Source: Elusimicrobiota bacterium
GTDB lineage: Bacteria > CG03 > SLGR01 > JBDRKX01
DNA length: 23,520 nt
Reading direction: 5' to 3'
NCBI GenBank assembly: GCA_043813605.1
Contig: JBDRKX010000029.1
Span: 1 to 23,520 of the forward strand
Below the pieces are notes generated by a model, which was not told where the DNA came from, ran no database searches, and worked only from the letters and a program-made list of their open reading frames with translations. Position 1 is the first letter of the stretch, and each line of letters opens with the position of its first letter. The position numbers were made by a program, and so were the translations under genes. Shown one piece after another: positions 1 through 9,757 of the stretch.

Positions 1-402
1 GGAGATATGACTGACGGATATATACTCGACGGTTTTCCGCGTACATTAAGCCAGGCTGAGGAATTTGATAGTATAGATACTCTCGATTATGTTCTTTATA
101 TCTCTATTCCAGAAGGAGAAGTGCTAAAGAGGTTACTTGGACGCCGGTCATGTGAAAGCTGTAACACGCAATACAATGTATATTTGGATGATATAGATGA
201 TATGTGCTGCAAATGTGATGGAAAGATAATAAAAAGGGAAGACGATACTGAAGAAACCATAAAGATCAGAATAAGGAATTATCTTGAACAGACAAAACCT
301 CTGGTAGATTACTATAAAAAGAAGAACCTCCTGCGGGAGATAGACGGAACTGAAGATATCGACCGGGTTTTTGATAATATAACCAGGGTTATTGCTAATT
401 AG
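1..402 (+). CDS. adk: Adenylate kinase, 5'-truncated by the window edge
   Basis: GYILDGFPRT motif, zinc-type LID (CESC...CCKC), REDD motif and QTKPLVDYY. Frame is open back to base 1. Sits upstream of map-infA as in the spc cluster. Confidence 0.96.
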   Translation, partial: GDMTDGYILDGFPRTLSQAEEFDSIDTLDYVLYISIPEGEVLKRLLGRRSCESCNTQYNVYLDDIDDMCCKCDGKIIKREDDTEETIKIRIRNYLEQTKPLVDYYKKKNLLREIDGTEDIDRVFDNITRVIAN

Positions 403-488
403 ATTTTCTGTAGATTGGAATCAGGATATTTTTTTTAATACCGGCCCGGATAAAAGTGATAGATGTTCTTTGAGCAAACAGACCGCTG

Positions 489-1250
489 ATGATTGACATA
501 AAAAGTCCGGCGGAAATAGAGATAATGTATACCGGAGGCCATCTTCTGTCAGAGATCGCAGGAGAACTGAAAGAGATGGCGGCTGTCGGGATAACGACAA
601 TGGATATCGAAAAAAAGGCAAGGGAACTGTTCGGAAAAAAGAAAGTCGAACCTGCTTTTCTGAATTACGGCGACCCGCCTTTTCCTGCAACTATCTGCAC
701 ATCCATTAACGATGAAATAGTCCATGGCATACCTTCATATGACAGGGAACTGTCTGACGGAGATATACTCAGTGTTGATCTTGGCGGGATCTGGAATGGT
801 TTTTATACAGATATGGCCTTTACAGTGGGGGTCGGCAATCTTGGCAACGAGCAGACCCGTATAATGGATATAACACGCGAAGCACTTGAAACAGGTACTT
901 CAAAAATGTATACTAACAACAAATTATACGATATATCATGGTCAATACAGCGTGTTGCTGAAGACGCAGGCTTTAGTGTAGTAAGATGTCTGGTGGGTCA
1001 CGGTGTAGGCCGTTCGCTTCATGAGCCGCCGCAAGTGCCTAATTACGGTAAAAAAGGCACCGGGATGACTCTGAAAAAGGGGATGGTATTCGCGCTTGAG
1101 CCTATGCTTAATGCCGGGACATATATGGTGAAAACGAAGGATGATAACTGGACTGTGGTAACGGCAGACGGCAGATTGTCCTGCCATTTTGAAAATACTG
1201 TAGCAGTTACTGATGGTGAGCCCAGGAAATTAACGGAATTATATGACTAG
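489..1250 (+). CDS. map: Methionine aminopeptidase type I
   Basis: [14 protein letters not shown], metal ligands in SVDLG/TDMA, GHGVG..LHEPP, EPM and HFENT motifs. adk-map-infA synteny. Confidence 0.97.
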   Translation: MIDIKSPAEIEIMYTGGHLLSEIAGELKEMAAVGITTMDIEKKARELFGKKKVEPAFLNYGDPPFPATICTSINDEIVHGIPSYDRELSDGDILSVDLGGIWNGFYTDMAFTVGVGNLGNEQTRIMDITREALETGTSKMYTNNKLYDISWSIQRVAEDAGFSVVRCLVGHGVGRSLHEPPQVPNYGKKGTGMTLKKGMVFALEPMLNAGTYMVKTKDDNWTVVTADGRLSCHFENTVAVTDGEPRKLTELYD

Positions 1251-1464
1251 CGGGAAAGATACTATTGAAGTAGAAGGAGTGGTTATTGAAGCCCTTCCTA
1301 ATACTATGTTTAAAGTAAAAATTGATGAAGGCGGAGAGCTTCTTGCTCATATTTCGGGCAAGATGCGGGTAAGATATATCAGGGTACTTACGGGTGACAG
1401 GGTCAGACTTGAGATAAGCAAGTATGATCCTACAAGGGGAAGGATCATATACAGGATCGGGTAA
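1243..1464 (+). CDS. infA: Translation initiation factor IF-1
   Basis: [18 protein letters not shown]...[19 protein letters not shown]...[11 protein letters not shown]. Confidence 0.98.
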   Translation: MTSGKDTIEVEGVVIEALPNTMFKVKIDEGGELLAHISGKMRVRYIRVLTGDRVRLEISKYDPTRGRIIYRIG

Positions 1465-1500
1465 ATGTATCCAGTAAAGAAAAATGGGAGGTTTATATAA

Positions 1501-1614
1501 ATGAAGGTTAGAGCTTCGGTCAAGCCGATTTGTCCGAATTGCAAGATTATACGCAGAAAAGGTGTGGTGAGGATCTTATGTTCCAATCCCCGCCATAAGC
1601 AGAGGCAGGGATAA
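1501..1614 (+). CDS. rpmJ: 50S ribosomal protein L36 (zinc-binding form), not in the ORF track
   Basis: Manual translation [37 protein letters not shown] (37 aa). SD GGGAGG at 1486-1491. Confidence 0.98.
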   Translation: MKVRASVKPICPNCKIIRRKGVVRILCSNPRHKQRQG

Positions 1615-1989
1615 ATGGCAAGAATAGCAGGAATAAATATACCCAAGGAAAAAAAGGTTAAAATAGGATTGACCTATATATTTGGTGTGGGTCATAATAT
1701 CGCTTCGGAATTAATTAAATCTTCAGGTGTTGACGGCGAAAAAAGAGTACATGAGCTGACTGATGATGAAGTAGATAAACTCCAGAAAGCGCTACATGAC
1801 TATAAAGTTGAGGGAGAGCTGAGAAGATCTGTTAAGGATGATATTCAGCGTCTGGTTAATATCGGTAGTTATAGGGGAGTCAGGCACAGAAAAGGGCTCC
1901 CGCTCAGAGGTCAGAAAACTAAGACGAATGCCCGAACCCGAAAAGGTAAAAGAAGGGCAGTCACAAAATCTAAAAAAACGACAAGGTAA
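1615..1989 (+). CDS. rpsM: 30S ribosomal protein S13
   Basis: MARIAGINIP...LTYIFGVG...YRGVRHRKGLPLRGQKTKTNARTRKG. Confidence 0.98.
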   Translation: MARIAGINIPKEKKVKIGLTYIFGVGHNIASELIKSSGVDGEKRVHELTDDEVDKLQKALHDYKVEGELRRSVKDDIQRLVNIGSYRGVRHRKGLPLRGQKTKTNARTRKGKRRAVTKSKKTTR

Positions 1990-1995
1990 CAGCAT

Positions 1996-2391
1996 ATGGT
2001 AAAGCAAATTGATACAAAGAAAAAGAAAAAAAGAAAGGCAAAAGTCGATATCGGGATAGCATATGTCAAAAGCACTTTTAACAATACTATTGTTTCGATA
2101 ACTGATGATGACGGAAATGTGTTGACATGGGCCAGCGCGGGTTCTCTAGGTATGAAAGGTTCGAAAAAAGGAACAGCTTACGCGGGCGGCCTGGCTGCAC
2201 AGGAAGCGGCAAAAACAGCTATAAAGAACAACGGCATGAGAAGTGTTAATGTGAAGGTCAAGGGGCCGGGATCTTCCAGGGAAACGGCAGTAAGAAGTCT
2301 CGAATCGGCCGGGCTGGGTATCCTGTCAGTACAGGATATTACGGCAGTACCGCATAACGGTTGCCGGCAACCGAAGCCGAGGAGGGTGTAG
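1996..2391 (+). CDS. rpsK: 30S ribosomal protein S11
   Basis: STFNNTIVSITD..GNVLTWASAG...VKGPG...PHNGCRQPKPRRV. Confidence 0.98.
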   Translation: MVKQIDTKKKKKRKAKVDIGIAYVKSTFNNTIVSITDDDGNVLTWASAGSLGMKGSKKGTAYAGGLAAQEAAKTAIKNNGMRSVNVKVKGPGSSRETAVRSLESAGLGILSVQDITAVPHNGCRQPKPRRV

Positions 2392-2393
2392 TA

Positions 2394-3029
2394 ATGGCTG
2401 TATACAGAGGGGCCGTTTGTAAATTATGCAGAAGAGAGAAAAAAAAGCTCTATCTTAAAGGACAGAGGTGTCTTACGGCAAAATGTTCATATGAAAAAAG
2501 GCAATATCCTCCGGGCCAGCATGGCCAGAGACGCGGCAAGATTACGGAATACGGTATCCAGTTGAGGGAAAAACAGGAATTGAAAAGAACTGTTTTTATG
2601 ACAGAAAAACAGTTTCGGATATTTTTCAGAAAAGCCGAAAAAGAAGAAGGCCCTACGGGTGAAAATCTTCTTATTAAACTTGAATGCCGTATTGATAACG
2701 TGGTAAGGAGGCTCGGATTAGCTTCTTCGATAATGCAGGCGAGACAGATGGTACTCCACAAGATGATAAAAGTAAATGGCAAGATATGTAATGTGTCGTC
2801 TTCAGTAGTTAAGGAAGGAGATACGATATCGGTTGCCGAAAAATATAAAAAAATTGAAGTAATAAAAAAATCGCTGGAAGATGCTGAAAGTACAGGTCTT
2901 CCGGAATGGTTGAATTTAGATACTGCTATACTGCAGGGAACTGTTTTGAGAAAGCCGACAAGAGATGAAATAAGCCTTGTAGGTGGTGATGTAAAAGAGA
3001 ACCTCATAGTTGAGCTGTATAGCAAATAG
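2394..3029 (+). CDS. rpsD: 30S ribosomal protein S4 (zinc-binding form)
   Basis: Start corrected to ATG 2394 (MAVYRGAVCKLCRRE), with GGAGGG upstream. PPGQHG, YGIQLREKQ and LIVELYSK motifs. Confidence 0.97.
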   Translation: MAVYRGAVCKLCRREKKKLYLKGQRCLTAKCSYEKRQYPPGQHGQRRGKITEYGIQLREKQELKRTVFMTEKQFRIFFRKAEKEEGPTGENLLIKLECRIDNVVRRLGLASSIMQARQMVLHKMIKVNGKICNVSSSVVKEGDTISVAEKYKKIEVIKKSLEDAESTGLPEWLNLDTAILQGTVLRKPTRDEISLVGGDVKENLIVELYSK

Positions 3030-3118
3030 GAATTTTTGGCGGGTTTGATTATTTTTTTGAGATCATCCCAGATCGATGAAATTCGATAAACATATAATCA
3101 AAAAAAGGAGGATATAAT

Positions 3119-4075
3119 ATGAAATTCAGGGATTTCCAGCTTCCCAATAAGATAAAATGGATCGTGGAAGAAGATAATTACGGTAAATTCGCATGTGAGC
3201 CTTTTGAAAGGGGATACGGACATACTGTCGGTAATTCTTTAAGAAGGATACTTCTTGCCTCTATGGAGGGCGCGGTAATTACTGCTATAAAAATAGACGG
3301 AGTACAGCACGAATACACAGCAATGGAGGGTGTTAAAGAGGATGTGCTGGAAATTATATTCAATCTGAAACAGCTCAGATTCAAACTCTATACGGAAGAA
3401 CAACAACGCATTCAGCTTAATGTCAGCAATAAAAGTAACGTTAAGGCTGCCGATTTTGTATTGAATGAATCAGTTGAACTGTATAATCCTGATGCTCATA
3501 TAGCTACGCTTGACAAGAACGGCAAGTTGTCGATGGAAGCGACTATTGAAAAGGGCCGCGGATATTCACTTGCTTCCCGGCGTCAGGAGTTAGTAACTTC
3601 CATTGGCGAAATACCTCTTGATGCTGCATTTTCCCCGGTTAGGAAAGTCAATTATGATGTTGAAAATGCCAGGGTAGGACAAGCAACCGACTATGACAAG
3701 CTTGTCATGGAGATATGGACAGATGGCAGTATTAAGCCGAGTGAAACAGTGGCTTATGCAGCGCAGATATTGAAGAAATCTATAGATGTATTTGAAATAT
3801 CCGACCTGGAAGAGATAGAACTCGGAGAAGAAGCTGTACGGGAAAAAGATCAGGAAGAGATCCTTAATATGCAGATAGAAGAGATGCATATCGGTACAAG
3901 GATAATGAACTCCCTCAGACAGGCGGATATTAAAACTGTCGGAGAGCTTATAGAGAAAACCGAGGGCGAGATATTGAAGCTGGATAAAGTCGGTAAAAAA
4001 TCTATAGATGAGATCACGGAAAAACTTAAGAAGATCAATGAAGAGAAGGGCACTGACTTTAAGTTGAAGGGGTGA
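3119..4075 (+). CDS. rpoA: RNA polymerase alpha subunit
   Basis: EPFERGYGHTVGNSLRRILL, GVKEDVLEIIFNLK, ARVGQATDYDKL..EIWTDGSI and an alpha-CTD. SD AGGAGG at 3106-3111. Confidence 0.98.
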   Translation: MKFRDFQLPNKIKWIVEEDNYGKFACEPFERGYGHTVGNSLRRILLASMEGAVITAIKIDGVQHEYTAMEGVKEDVLEIIFNLKQLRFKLYTEEQQRIQLNVSNKSNVKAADFVLNESVELYNPDAHIATLDKNGKLSMEATIEKGRGYSLASRRQELVTSIGEIPLDAAFSPVRKVNYDVENARVGQATDYDKLVMEIWTDGSIKPSETVAYAAQILKKSIDVFEISDLEEIELGEEAVREKDQEEILNMQIEEMHIGTRIMNSLRQADIKTVGELIEKTEGEILKLDKVGKKSIDEITEKLKKINEEKGTDFKLKG

Positions 4076-4078
4076 GCG

Positions 4079-4399
4079 TTGAATATTAACCAGAAAAGAA
4101 AAATCAAGATCCTGACATACCAGTTAATAAAAAAAGGCAGGGTAACGACTACTGTTCCTGCTGCTAAGGAAGTCAGAAAGAAGGCTGAGAGACTTATTAC
4201 CCGGTCGAGAAAAGACAGTGTTTCAAACAGAAGATATGCGTCTGGAATACTGCCTAAAGACGGTATGAAGAGACTGTTTGATGTTATTGGTCCTGCCAGT
4301 GCCGGAAGGAACGGAGGATATACAAGGCTGCTGCGTCTTGGAAAGAATAGAAAAGGGGATGGTGCGGAGCTCTGTATCTTGGAAATAATCGATGTTTAA
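4079..4399 (+). CDS. rplQ: 50S ribosomal protein L17 (N-terminally shortened)
   Basis: [22 protein letters not shown] and [24 protein letters not shown]. Follows rpoA. TTG start with AAGGGG upstream. Confidence 0.93.
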   Translation: MNINQKRKIKILTYQLIKKGRVTTTVPAAKEVRKKAERLITRSRKDSVSNRRYASGILPKDGMKRLFDVIGPASAGRNGGYTRLLRLGKNRKGDGAELCILEIIDV

Positions 4400-5435
4400 T
4401 TATCTGTTTGGATTATTTTCTAATGATATGGGAATCGACCTCGGAACAGCTAATGTCCTTGTTTATGTAAAAGGCCGGGGAATAGTACTCAGGGAACCTT
4501 CTGTAGTTGCAATCAATAAGGATACGGATGAGATACTGGCAGTAGGCATGGATGCTAAGAGAATGCTTGGCAGGACACCTGCAAACATAACGGCAGTCAG
4601 GCCTTTGAAAAACGGTGTAATTGCAGATTTTGAAACAACAGAAAGGATGATCAGGTATTTTATTAAAAAAGTCCATGCCAGAAAGAGTCTGCTTCATCCA
4701 AGAATAGTGATAAGTGTACCGTCTGCGTGTACAGAGGTTGAAAGAAGAGCTGTGAGAGAGTCCGCCGAACGCGCAGGCGCAAGAGAAGTATACTTAATAG
4801 AAGAACCGATGGCTGCCGCTATAGGAGCGGAGCTTCCTGTGCATGAACCGGCAGGCAATATGATTGTGGATATAGGCGGAGGGACTACAGAAGTTGCTGT
4901 GATTTCTCTGGGAGGAATGGTTTTAACAAATGCTTTAAGAATTGCGGGGGATGATTTTGATCAGGCTATAGTCGAGTATTTTAAGGAAAAGGAGAATCTG
5001 ATTATCGGTGAGAGGTCTGCTGAAGAAGCAAAAATAAAGATAGGGTCAGTATATCCTGGCACGGAATCCAAGGAAATGGAGATGAAGGGAAGGGATCTGG
5101 TAAGTGGTCTGCCGAAGACTATCACAATATCAACTGATGATATCAGGGAATCTTTAGCGGAACCGATGAAAGAACTGGTTAAAGTAATAAAAGACACTCT
5201 CAATCGAACTCCTCCGGAACTATCCGCAGATCTGGTCGACCGGGGAATTGTCCTGGTCGGTGGGGGAGCCTTGCTCGGCGGCATAGCAGAACTTTTAAGA
5301 GAAGCTACTGAACTTCCGGTTCATATAGCGGACGAACCACTTAACTGTGTGGTAATGGGTACAGGAAAATACTTGGAGCAGATGGAAAACCTGAAAAAGA
5401 CCCAGAGGAAATCACTATATAATAACCGCTACTGA
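4392..5435 (+). CDS. mreB: Rod shape-determining actin homolog MreB
   Basis: [42 protein letters not shown] and [11 protein letters not shown]. Confidence 0.98.
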   Translation: MFNYLFGLFSNDMGIDLGTANVLVYVKGRGIVLREPSVVAINKDTDEILAVGMDAKRMLGRTPANITAVRPLKNGVIADFETTERMIRYFIKKVHARKSLLHPRIVISVPSACTEVERRAVRESAERAGAREVYLIEEPMAAAIGAELPVHEPAGNMIVDIGGGTTEVAVISLGGMVLTNALRIAGDDFDQAIVEYFKEKENLIIGERSAEEAKIKIGSVYPGTESKEMEMKGRDLVSGLPKTITISTDDIRESLAEPMKELVKVIKDTLNRTPPELSADLVDRGIVLVGGGALLGGIAELLREATELPVHIADEPLNCVVMGTGKYLEQMENLKKTQRKSLYNNRY

Positions 5436-5471
5436 ACTTAGTCCCCTCCATAGAACAATAGTAAAAACAAA

Positions 5472-6281
5472 TTGAATAGAAGAGCGGCATTACATGTCTT
5501 TATTCTGTTAACTGCGATCAGTATGACCATAATCTGTTTGAACGGTCTGCAGTCGGTGAAAATTATCAAAAATATTCTGCTGCATGTATTCTTCCAGGCG
5601 TCAAGGGGTGTCGAATATCCGATCGATAAGATAAATTCATTTTCAGAACGAATTAATATTATGTTGGATGCATACGATGAGAACATAAAGCTCAAAGAAA
5701 AAGTTAAAGTACTTGAAGCGCAGAATATACTTATGAAATACCGTGAAACAGAGATCCAAAGACTTAATGAATTGCTTAATTTCGAAAAGTATACTGCGGG
5801 AAAGCTCTTAGCCGGTAAAATCTTATTACAGTTTCCGGATACATATTTTGCCGGGATCAATATTAACAAAGGAAAGAAACACGGTATAAAGAAAGACCTT
5901 CCAGTATTATCAGTCCATGATTCTAAATGGATAGTAGTGGGCAGGACAGAAGAGGTATATGATGATTTCACAAAAGTCGTACTTATTACATCATCTGATT
6001 TCAGATGTGCTGCGGAAGTGAACGGAAAATACTGCGGTGTAATAAAAGGCCAGGATAGATGGGAACTCAGGATGGATTATCTGTCACCTGATGCGGAAAT
6101 AAGAGAAGGTGACGAGATCACAACATCAGGTAAAGGCGGTATATTCCCGCCCGGACTGTTTATAGGTGATATCACGGGAATAAAGACACTGGAGTTTTCA
6201 AAGGGGAAAACTGCTACTGCAAAGAGCTATCGTTATCCGCAGGACATAAGCAGCGTATATCTGCTTTTAAAGGAAGATTAA
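5472..6281 (+). CDS. mreC: Rod shape-determining protein MreC
   Basis: N-terminal TM segment, coiled coil (ENIKLKEKVKVLE), INKGKKHGIK and GDEITTSGKGGIFPPGLFIG. Lies between mreB and mreD. TTG start is uncertain. Confidence 0.93.
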   Translation: MNRRAALHVFILLTAISMTIICLNGLQSVKIIKNILLHVFFQASRGVEYPIDKINSFSERINIMLDAYDENIKLKEKVKVLEAQNILMKYRETEIQRLNELLNFEKYTAGKLLAGKILLQFPDTYFAGININKGKKHGIKKDLPVLSVHDSKWIVVGRTEEVYDDFTKVVLITSSDFRCAAEVNGKYCGVIKGQDRWELRMDYLSPDAEIREGDEITTSGKGGIFPPGLFIGDITGIKTLEFSKGKTATAKSYRYPQDISSVYLLLKED

Positions 6282-6730
6282 TGCTGAGAGTTTTAACAGT
6301 TACTTTCATAGTCCAGATTTTACTGCTCAGATATATAATATCGGGAGAAACAGGAATAAACCTTTTTTTGATAGTTACCATAGAAATGGCACTCATCAAA
6401 GGTAGTCTGTATGGAGAAGTGACAGGATTTATAACAGGACTTATCGAAGATGTAGCGCATATGGGCGTAATCGGATCAAGGGCACTGATAAGAACCCTTG
6501 TGGGATTCCTCACAGGCAGCTTAAAAGGTAAATTCGCGGCCGGAAATATACTTTTCCAGTTTATTGTAACATTCATTGTATTTGTGGTACATGGGATATT
6601 TATTTACCTGTTACGGCTGGTATTCGGATTACCACCCTCATCATTACACAGGTTGTTTATGAATGCCGGACTGAATGGCCTGATAGCACCGTTAATATAC
6701 TCTTTACTTAAGGGAACGGATGCCGGGTAA
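6281..6730 (+). CDS. mreD: Rod shape-determining protein MreD
   Basis: Small polytopic membrane protein with G..GFITGLIED motif, between mreC and the PBP2 gene. TAATG overlap with mreC. Confidence 0.88.
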   Translation: MLRVLTVTFIVQILLLRYIISGETGINLFLIVTIEMALIKGSLYGEVTGFITGLIEDVAHMGVIGSRALIRTLVGFLTGSLKGKFAAGNILFQFIVTFIVFVVHGIFIYLLRLVFGLPPSSLHRLFMNAGLNGLIAPLIYSLLKGTDAG

Positions 6731-8501
6731 GAAGTACTATTTCTGGTGGAAGAATCAGCATTCCCGGAGGTTTACATGGCTAAAAGTATCAATAGTCGTA
6801 TTCTGGGGAATTTTTATTTTCAGGCTTTTTTATCTGCAGCTTATTGAGGGCAATTATTACTGGATGAAAGCAGAAAACAACAGGCTTCAGTATTATCGGC
6901 TTCAGGCCCCCAGGGGACTGATATTTGACAGGAATGGGACAAAACTGGTCGGGAATCAGCCAAGGTATTCCTTATATGTGTCAATGCAGGGTCTCCTGAA
7001 TGAAGAGAAACGATCGATCTCACGTAGACTCTCTGAAATCACAGGCATTAATAAAGAAAAGATACTGGAGAGATTCAGTTCAGGTGACCGGTTGCCTTTC
7101 AGTGTAGTAAAACTGATTTCGCATCTTTCGTCAGAAGAAATAGCGCGTATAGAAGAAAATATTCACCATCTTCCCCATACCTCAATACAGATAGAACATC
7201 GCCGGCGATATCCATTCGGTAAAAACGGTTCACACATTTTAGGGTATTTGGGCAAGATAAGCAACAAAAGCCTTAACGAGATGAAGAAATACGGCTACAG
7301 ACTAAGAGACGAAATAGGGAAATGCGGTGTAGAGAAAAAATACGATCTTATGGTGAGGGGGGAAGACGGTTACAGTGAAGTAGAGGTTGAGGTTTCCGGG
7401 AGACAACAGAGAGTTATAAAGACATGTGATGCTAAGATAGGAAACAATCTGCTTCTCACGATCGATTGGGATCTTCAGGAGACTGCCATGAAGGCAATGG
7501 GAGATAAAGAGGGAGCAGTTGTCGCAATGGATCCTGGAACAGGTGAGATCCTTGTCTGGCTTTCTAAGCCGGGATTTGACCCGGAAGATTTTACGCTGCC
7601 GCTAACAGCAGATAAAGCGGAAGAGTTGTTCAAAGATCCGCGGCATCCGCTTTATGACAGAGTAATACAGGGGCAATATGCACCGGGGTCTATTTTTAAG
7701 TTGATAACTGCATTGGCTGCATTGGAGGAAGACGAAGAGAATGTCGAACAGGAATTCACATGTGATGGCGCGATCGTACTGGGATATGACAGAAGAGTGT
7801 TCAGGTGCTGGAAAGATAAACATCATGGGAAGCTGAAACTTCTGGATGCTATAGCAAATTCATGCAATGTGTATTTCTATCAACTGGGAATAAAAACAGG
7901 CGCGTACAATATTTACAGGACAGCAAAAAAGATGGGTTTGGGAAAACCGGCCCAGAACATGTTTGAAAAAGAGAAATCAGGTAATATTCCCGATGCCAGA
8001 TGGAAAAAGGAATATTTCGGCAGCGGCTGGTATCCCGGCGACACTGCTAACATGAGTGTAGGGCAGGGATATGTGCTTGTAAACCCTCTTCAACTGTTAA
8101 GGATGGTATCCGCAATAGCTATGAAAGGAATGTCCTATGAACCGTATCTCCTTAAGCTGGTTATTTCACCTGACAGGAAGGTAATACTGAAAAACACTCC
8201 CAAGCTTGAAGAAAAAATAAATATTTCGGAAGCGATTTTTGATAAGATAATCGATGGAATGGAAAGAGTAACAAAATACGGTACTGCACAGTTTCTTAAT
8301 CTTCCGCTTGAAGTTGCCAGCAAAACCGGAACTGCTGAAAGTCCCGGCGGTGAAGATAATTCATGGTATGTGTGTTTTGCGCCGGTAGACGACCCTCAGA
8401 TAGCAATAGTAGTACTTGTTGAAAACGGCGGTTACGGCTCAGTTGCGGCTATGCCGGTAGCCAGGGAAATACTGAAAAAGAAATTTCTGGCGGTAAACTG
8501 A
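6720..8501 (+). CDS. mrdA: Penicillin-binding protein 2 (class B transpeptidase)
   Basis: RLFYLQL, APRGLIFDRNG, RRYPFG, and catalytic SxxK (PGSIFK), SxN (SCN) and KTG motifs. Confidence 0.96.
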   Translation: MPGKKYYFWWKNQHSRRFTWLKVSIVVFWGIFIFRLFYLQLIEGNYYWMKAENNRLQYYRLQAPRGLIFDRNGTKLVGNQPRYSLYVSMQGLLNEEKRSISRRLSEITGINKEKILERFSSGDRLPFSVVKLISHLSSEEIARIEENIHHLPHTSIQIEHRRRYPFGKNGSHILGYLGKISNKSLNEMKKYGYRLRDEIGKCGVEKKYDLMVRGEDGYSEVEVEVSGRQQRVIKTCDAKIGNNLLLTIDWDLQETAMKAMGDKEGAVVAMDPGTGEILVWLSKPGFDPEDFTLPLTADKAEELFKDPRHPLYDRVIQGQYAPGSIFKLITALAALEEDEENVEQEFTCDGAIVLGYDRRVFRCWKDKHHGKLKLLDAIANSCNVYFYQLGIKTGAYNIYRTAKKMGLGKPAQNMFEKEKSGNIPDARWKKEYFGSGWYPGDTANMSVGQGYVLVNPLQLLRMVSAIAMKGMSYEPYLLKLVISPDRKVILKNTPKLEEKINISEAIFDKIIDGMERVTKYGTAQFLNLPLEVASKTGTAESPGGEDNSWYVCFAPVDDPQIAIVVLVENGGYGSVAAMPVAREILKKKFLAVN

Positions 8502-9757
8502 TGAAACGGAAGATCGAACAGATACTTATATTCACAGTGGTATTACTGGGGCTATGGAGCATAATAGTGGTTTTAAGTACGACCATTAATACGCCTGAGT
8601 ATAGAATATTATATATAAAACAGGCGGCCGCCTTTGTTGCAGGATTATGCGTTATGCTGATAATGCGGAATTTTTCATATAAGATTCTTGAGGAATTGAG
8701 CCCTATTCTCTTTGTTGTATCGGTTCTTATGCTTGTGGCTGTTCTGGTTTTCGGCGTAGAGATCAACGGGAGCCGCAGGTGGTTCGATCTCGGAATATTT
8801 CATTTTCAGCCGGTTGAATTCGCAAAATTTACAACCATAATATTTGTGGCGATGCTGCTTGAAAAATATAACAGCACAATATTGAGTGTCATATCTGTTG
8901 CTGTCGTTGCAGGGCTTGTTATTACACAGCCGGATGCGGGTTCGAGTTTGATATTTTTTCCTGTACTTGCTGTTATGCTGATCATTTCAAGGCAGAATAC
9001 AAACTGGATGATCTTTGCAGCACCGTTTGCGCTGATTACCATAATATCTCTTTTTATCGAAAGTTATCTGAATGTGAAGGGGACAAGCCTGTTAAATACC
9101 AAAAGCCTGCTGCTGCCGGTCATTATAACCGTACTGATAACTGCAGTATTTTCAGAATTCATGAAGATCAACAGGGCTTTAAAAAAGAAATATCTTCTGT
9201 TCCTGATCGCGGTCTTCTGGATATCAATAGGAGTAGGGATAGCAGGCTCAAAAATGCTGAGAGTATATCAGAAGAAGAGAATTGTATCGTTTATGATGCC
9301 TGAAATGGACCCTCTTGGTGCAGGATATAATGTACGTCAGTCCCTTCTGGCAGTCGGTTCCGGCAGAATGCTGGGTAAAGGACTTTTCGGCGGGACCCAG
9401 ACTCAGCTGGGATTTCTGCCCGTAAGACATACAGATTTTATTTTTGCTTCTATTGGGGAAGAACTCGGATTTGCCGGTGCTGCGGCAATGCTTTTTATGC
9501 TCGGAATACTGCTCTGGCAATGCGTGAGGGTAATGGAGAGGAGTGAAGATTACGGAGGCCGTCTTATTGCGGGAGGCATATTTACGCTTATTTTGGTACA
9601 GGTGATAATAAACATCGGTGTAACACTTGGACTTCTTCCTGTTATAGGAATTCAATTGCCCCTGGTTTCATACGGGGGAACCGGCATGGTCTTTTATATG
9701 ACACTCATTGGTGTGATATTGAATATAAACAGAAAGACGGAGATCATAGGAAGATGA
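8501..9757 (+). CDS. rodA: SEDS peptidoglycan glycosyltransferase RodA
   Basis: GSRRWF..FQPVEFAK, QPDAG, DPLGAGYNVRQS..AVGSG, HTDFIF..IGEELGF and LPLVSYGG. Immediately follows mrdA. Confidence 0.95.
   Translation: MKRKIEQILIFTVVLLGLWSIIVVLSTTINTPEYRILYIKQAAAFVAGLCVMLIMRNFSYKILEELSPILFVVSVLMLVAVLVFGVEINGSRRWFDLGIFHFQPVEFAKFTTIIFVAMLLEKYNSTILSVISVAVVAGLVITQPDAGSSLIFFPVLAVMLIISRQNTNWMIFAAPFALITIISLFIESYLNVKGTSLLNTKSLLLPVIITVLITAVFSEFMKINRALKKKYLLFLIAVFWISIGVGIAGSKMLRVYQKKRIVSFMMPEMDPLGAGYNVRQSLLAVGSGRMLGKGLFGGTQTQLGFLPVRHTDFIFASIGEELGFAGAAAMLFMLGILLWQCVRVMERSEDYGGRLIAGGIFTLILVQVIINIGVTLGLLPVIGIQLPLVSYGGTGMVFYMTLIGVILNINRKTEIIGR

Noticed and set aside
403..488. Terminator or RNA element between adk and map
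   Set aside because: The T-run has no GC-rich stem before it, and no convincing structure was found.
2361..2393. N-terminal extension of S4 from the ORF track
   Set aside because: It overlaps rpsK. The canonical S4 start and SD are at ATG 2394.
4073..4075. TGA recoding (alternative genetic code or selenocysteine) at the rpoA-rplQ junction
   Set aside because: TGA ends many genes here at their expected C-termini (mreB, mrdA, rodA, rpmA, proA), and no conserved gene has an internal TGA.
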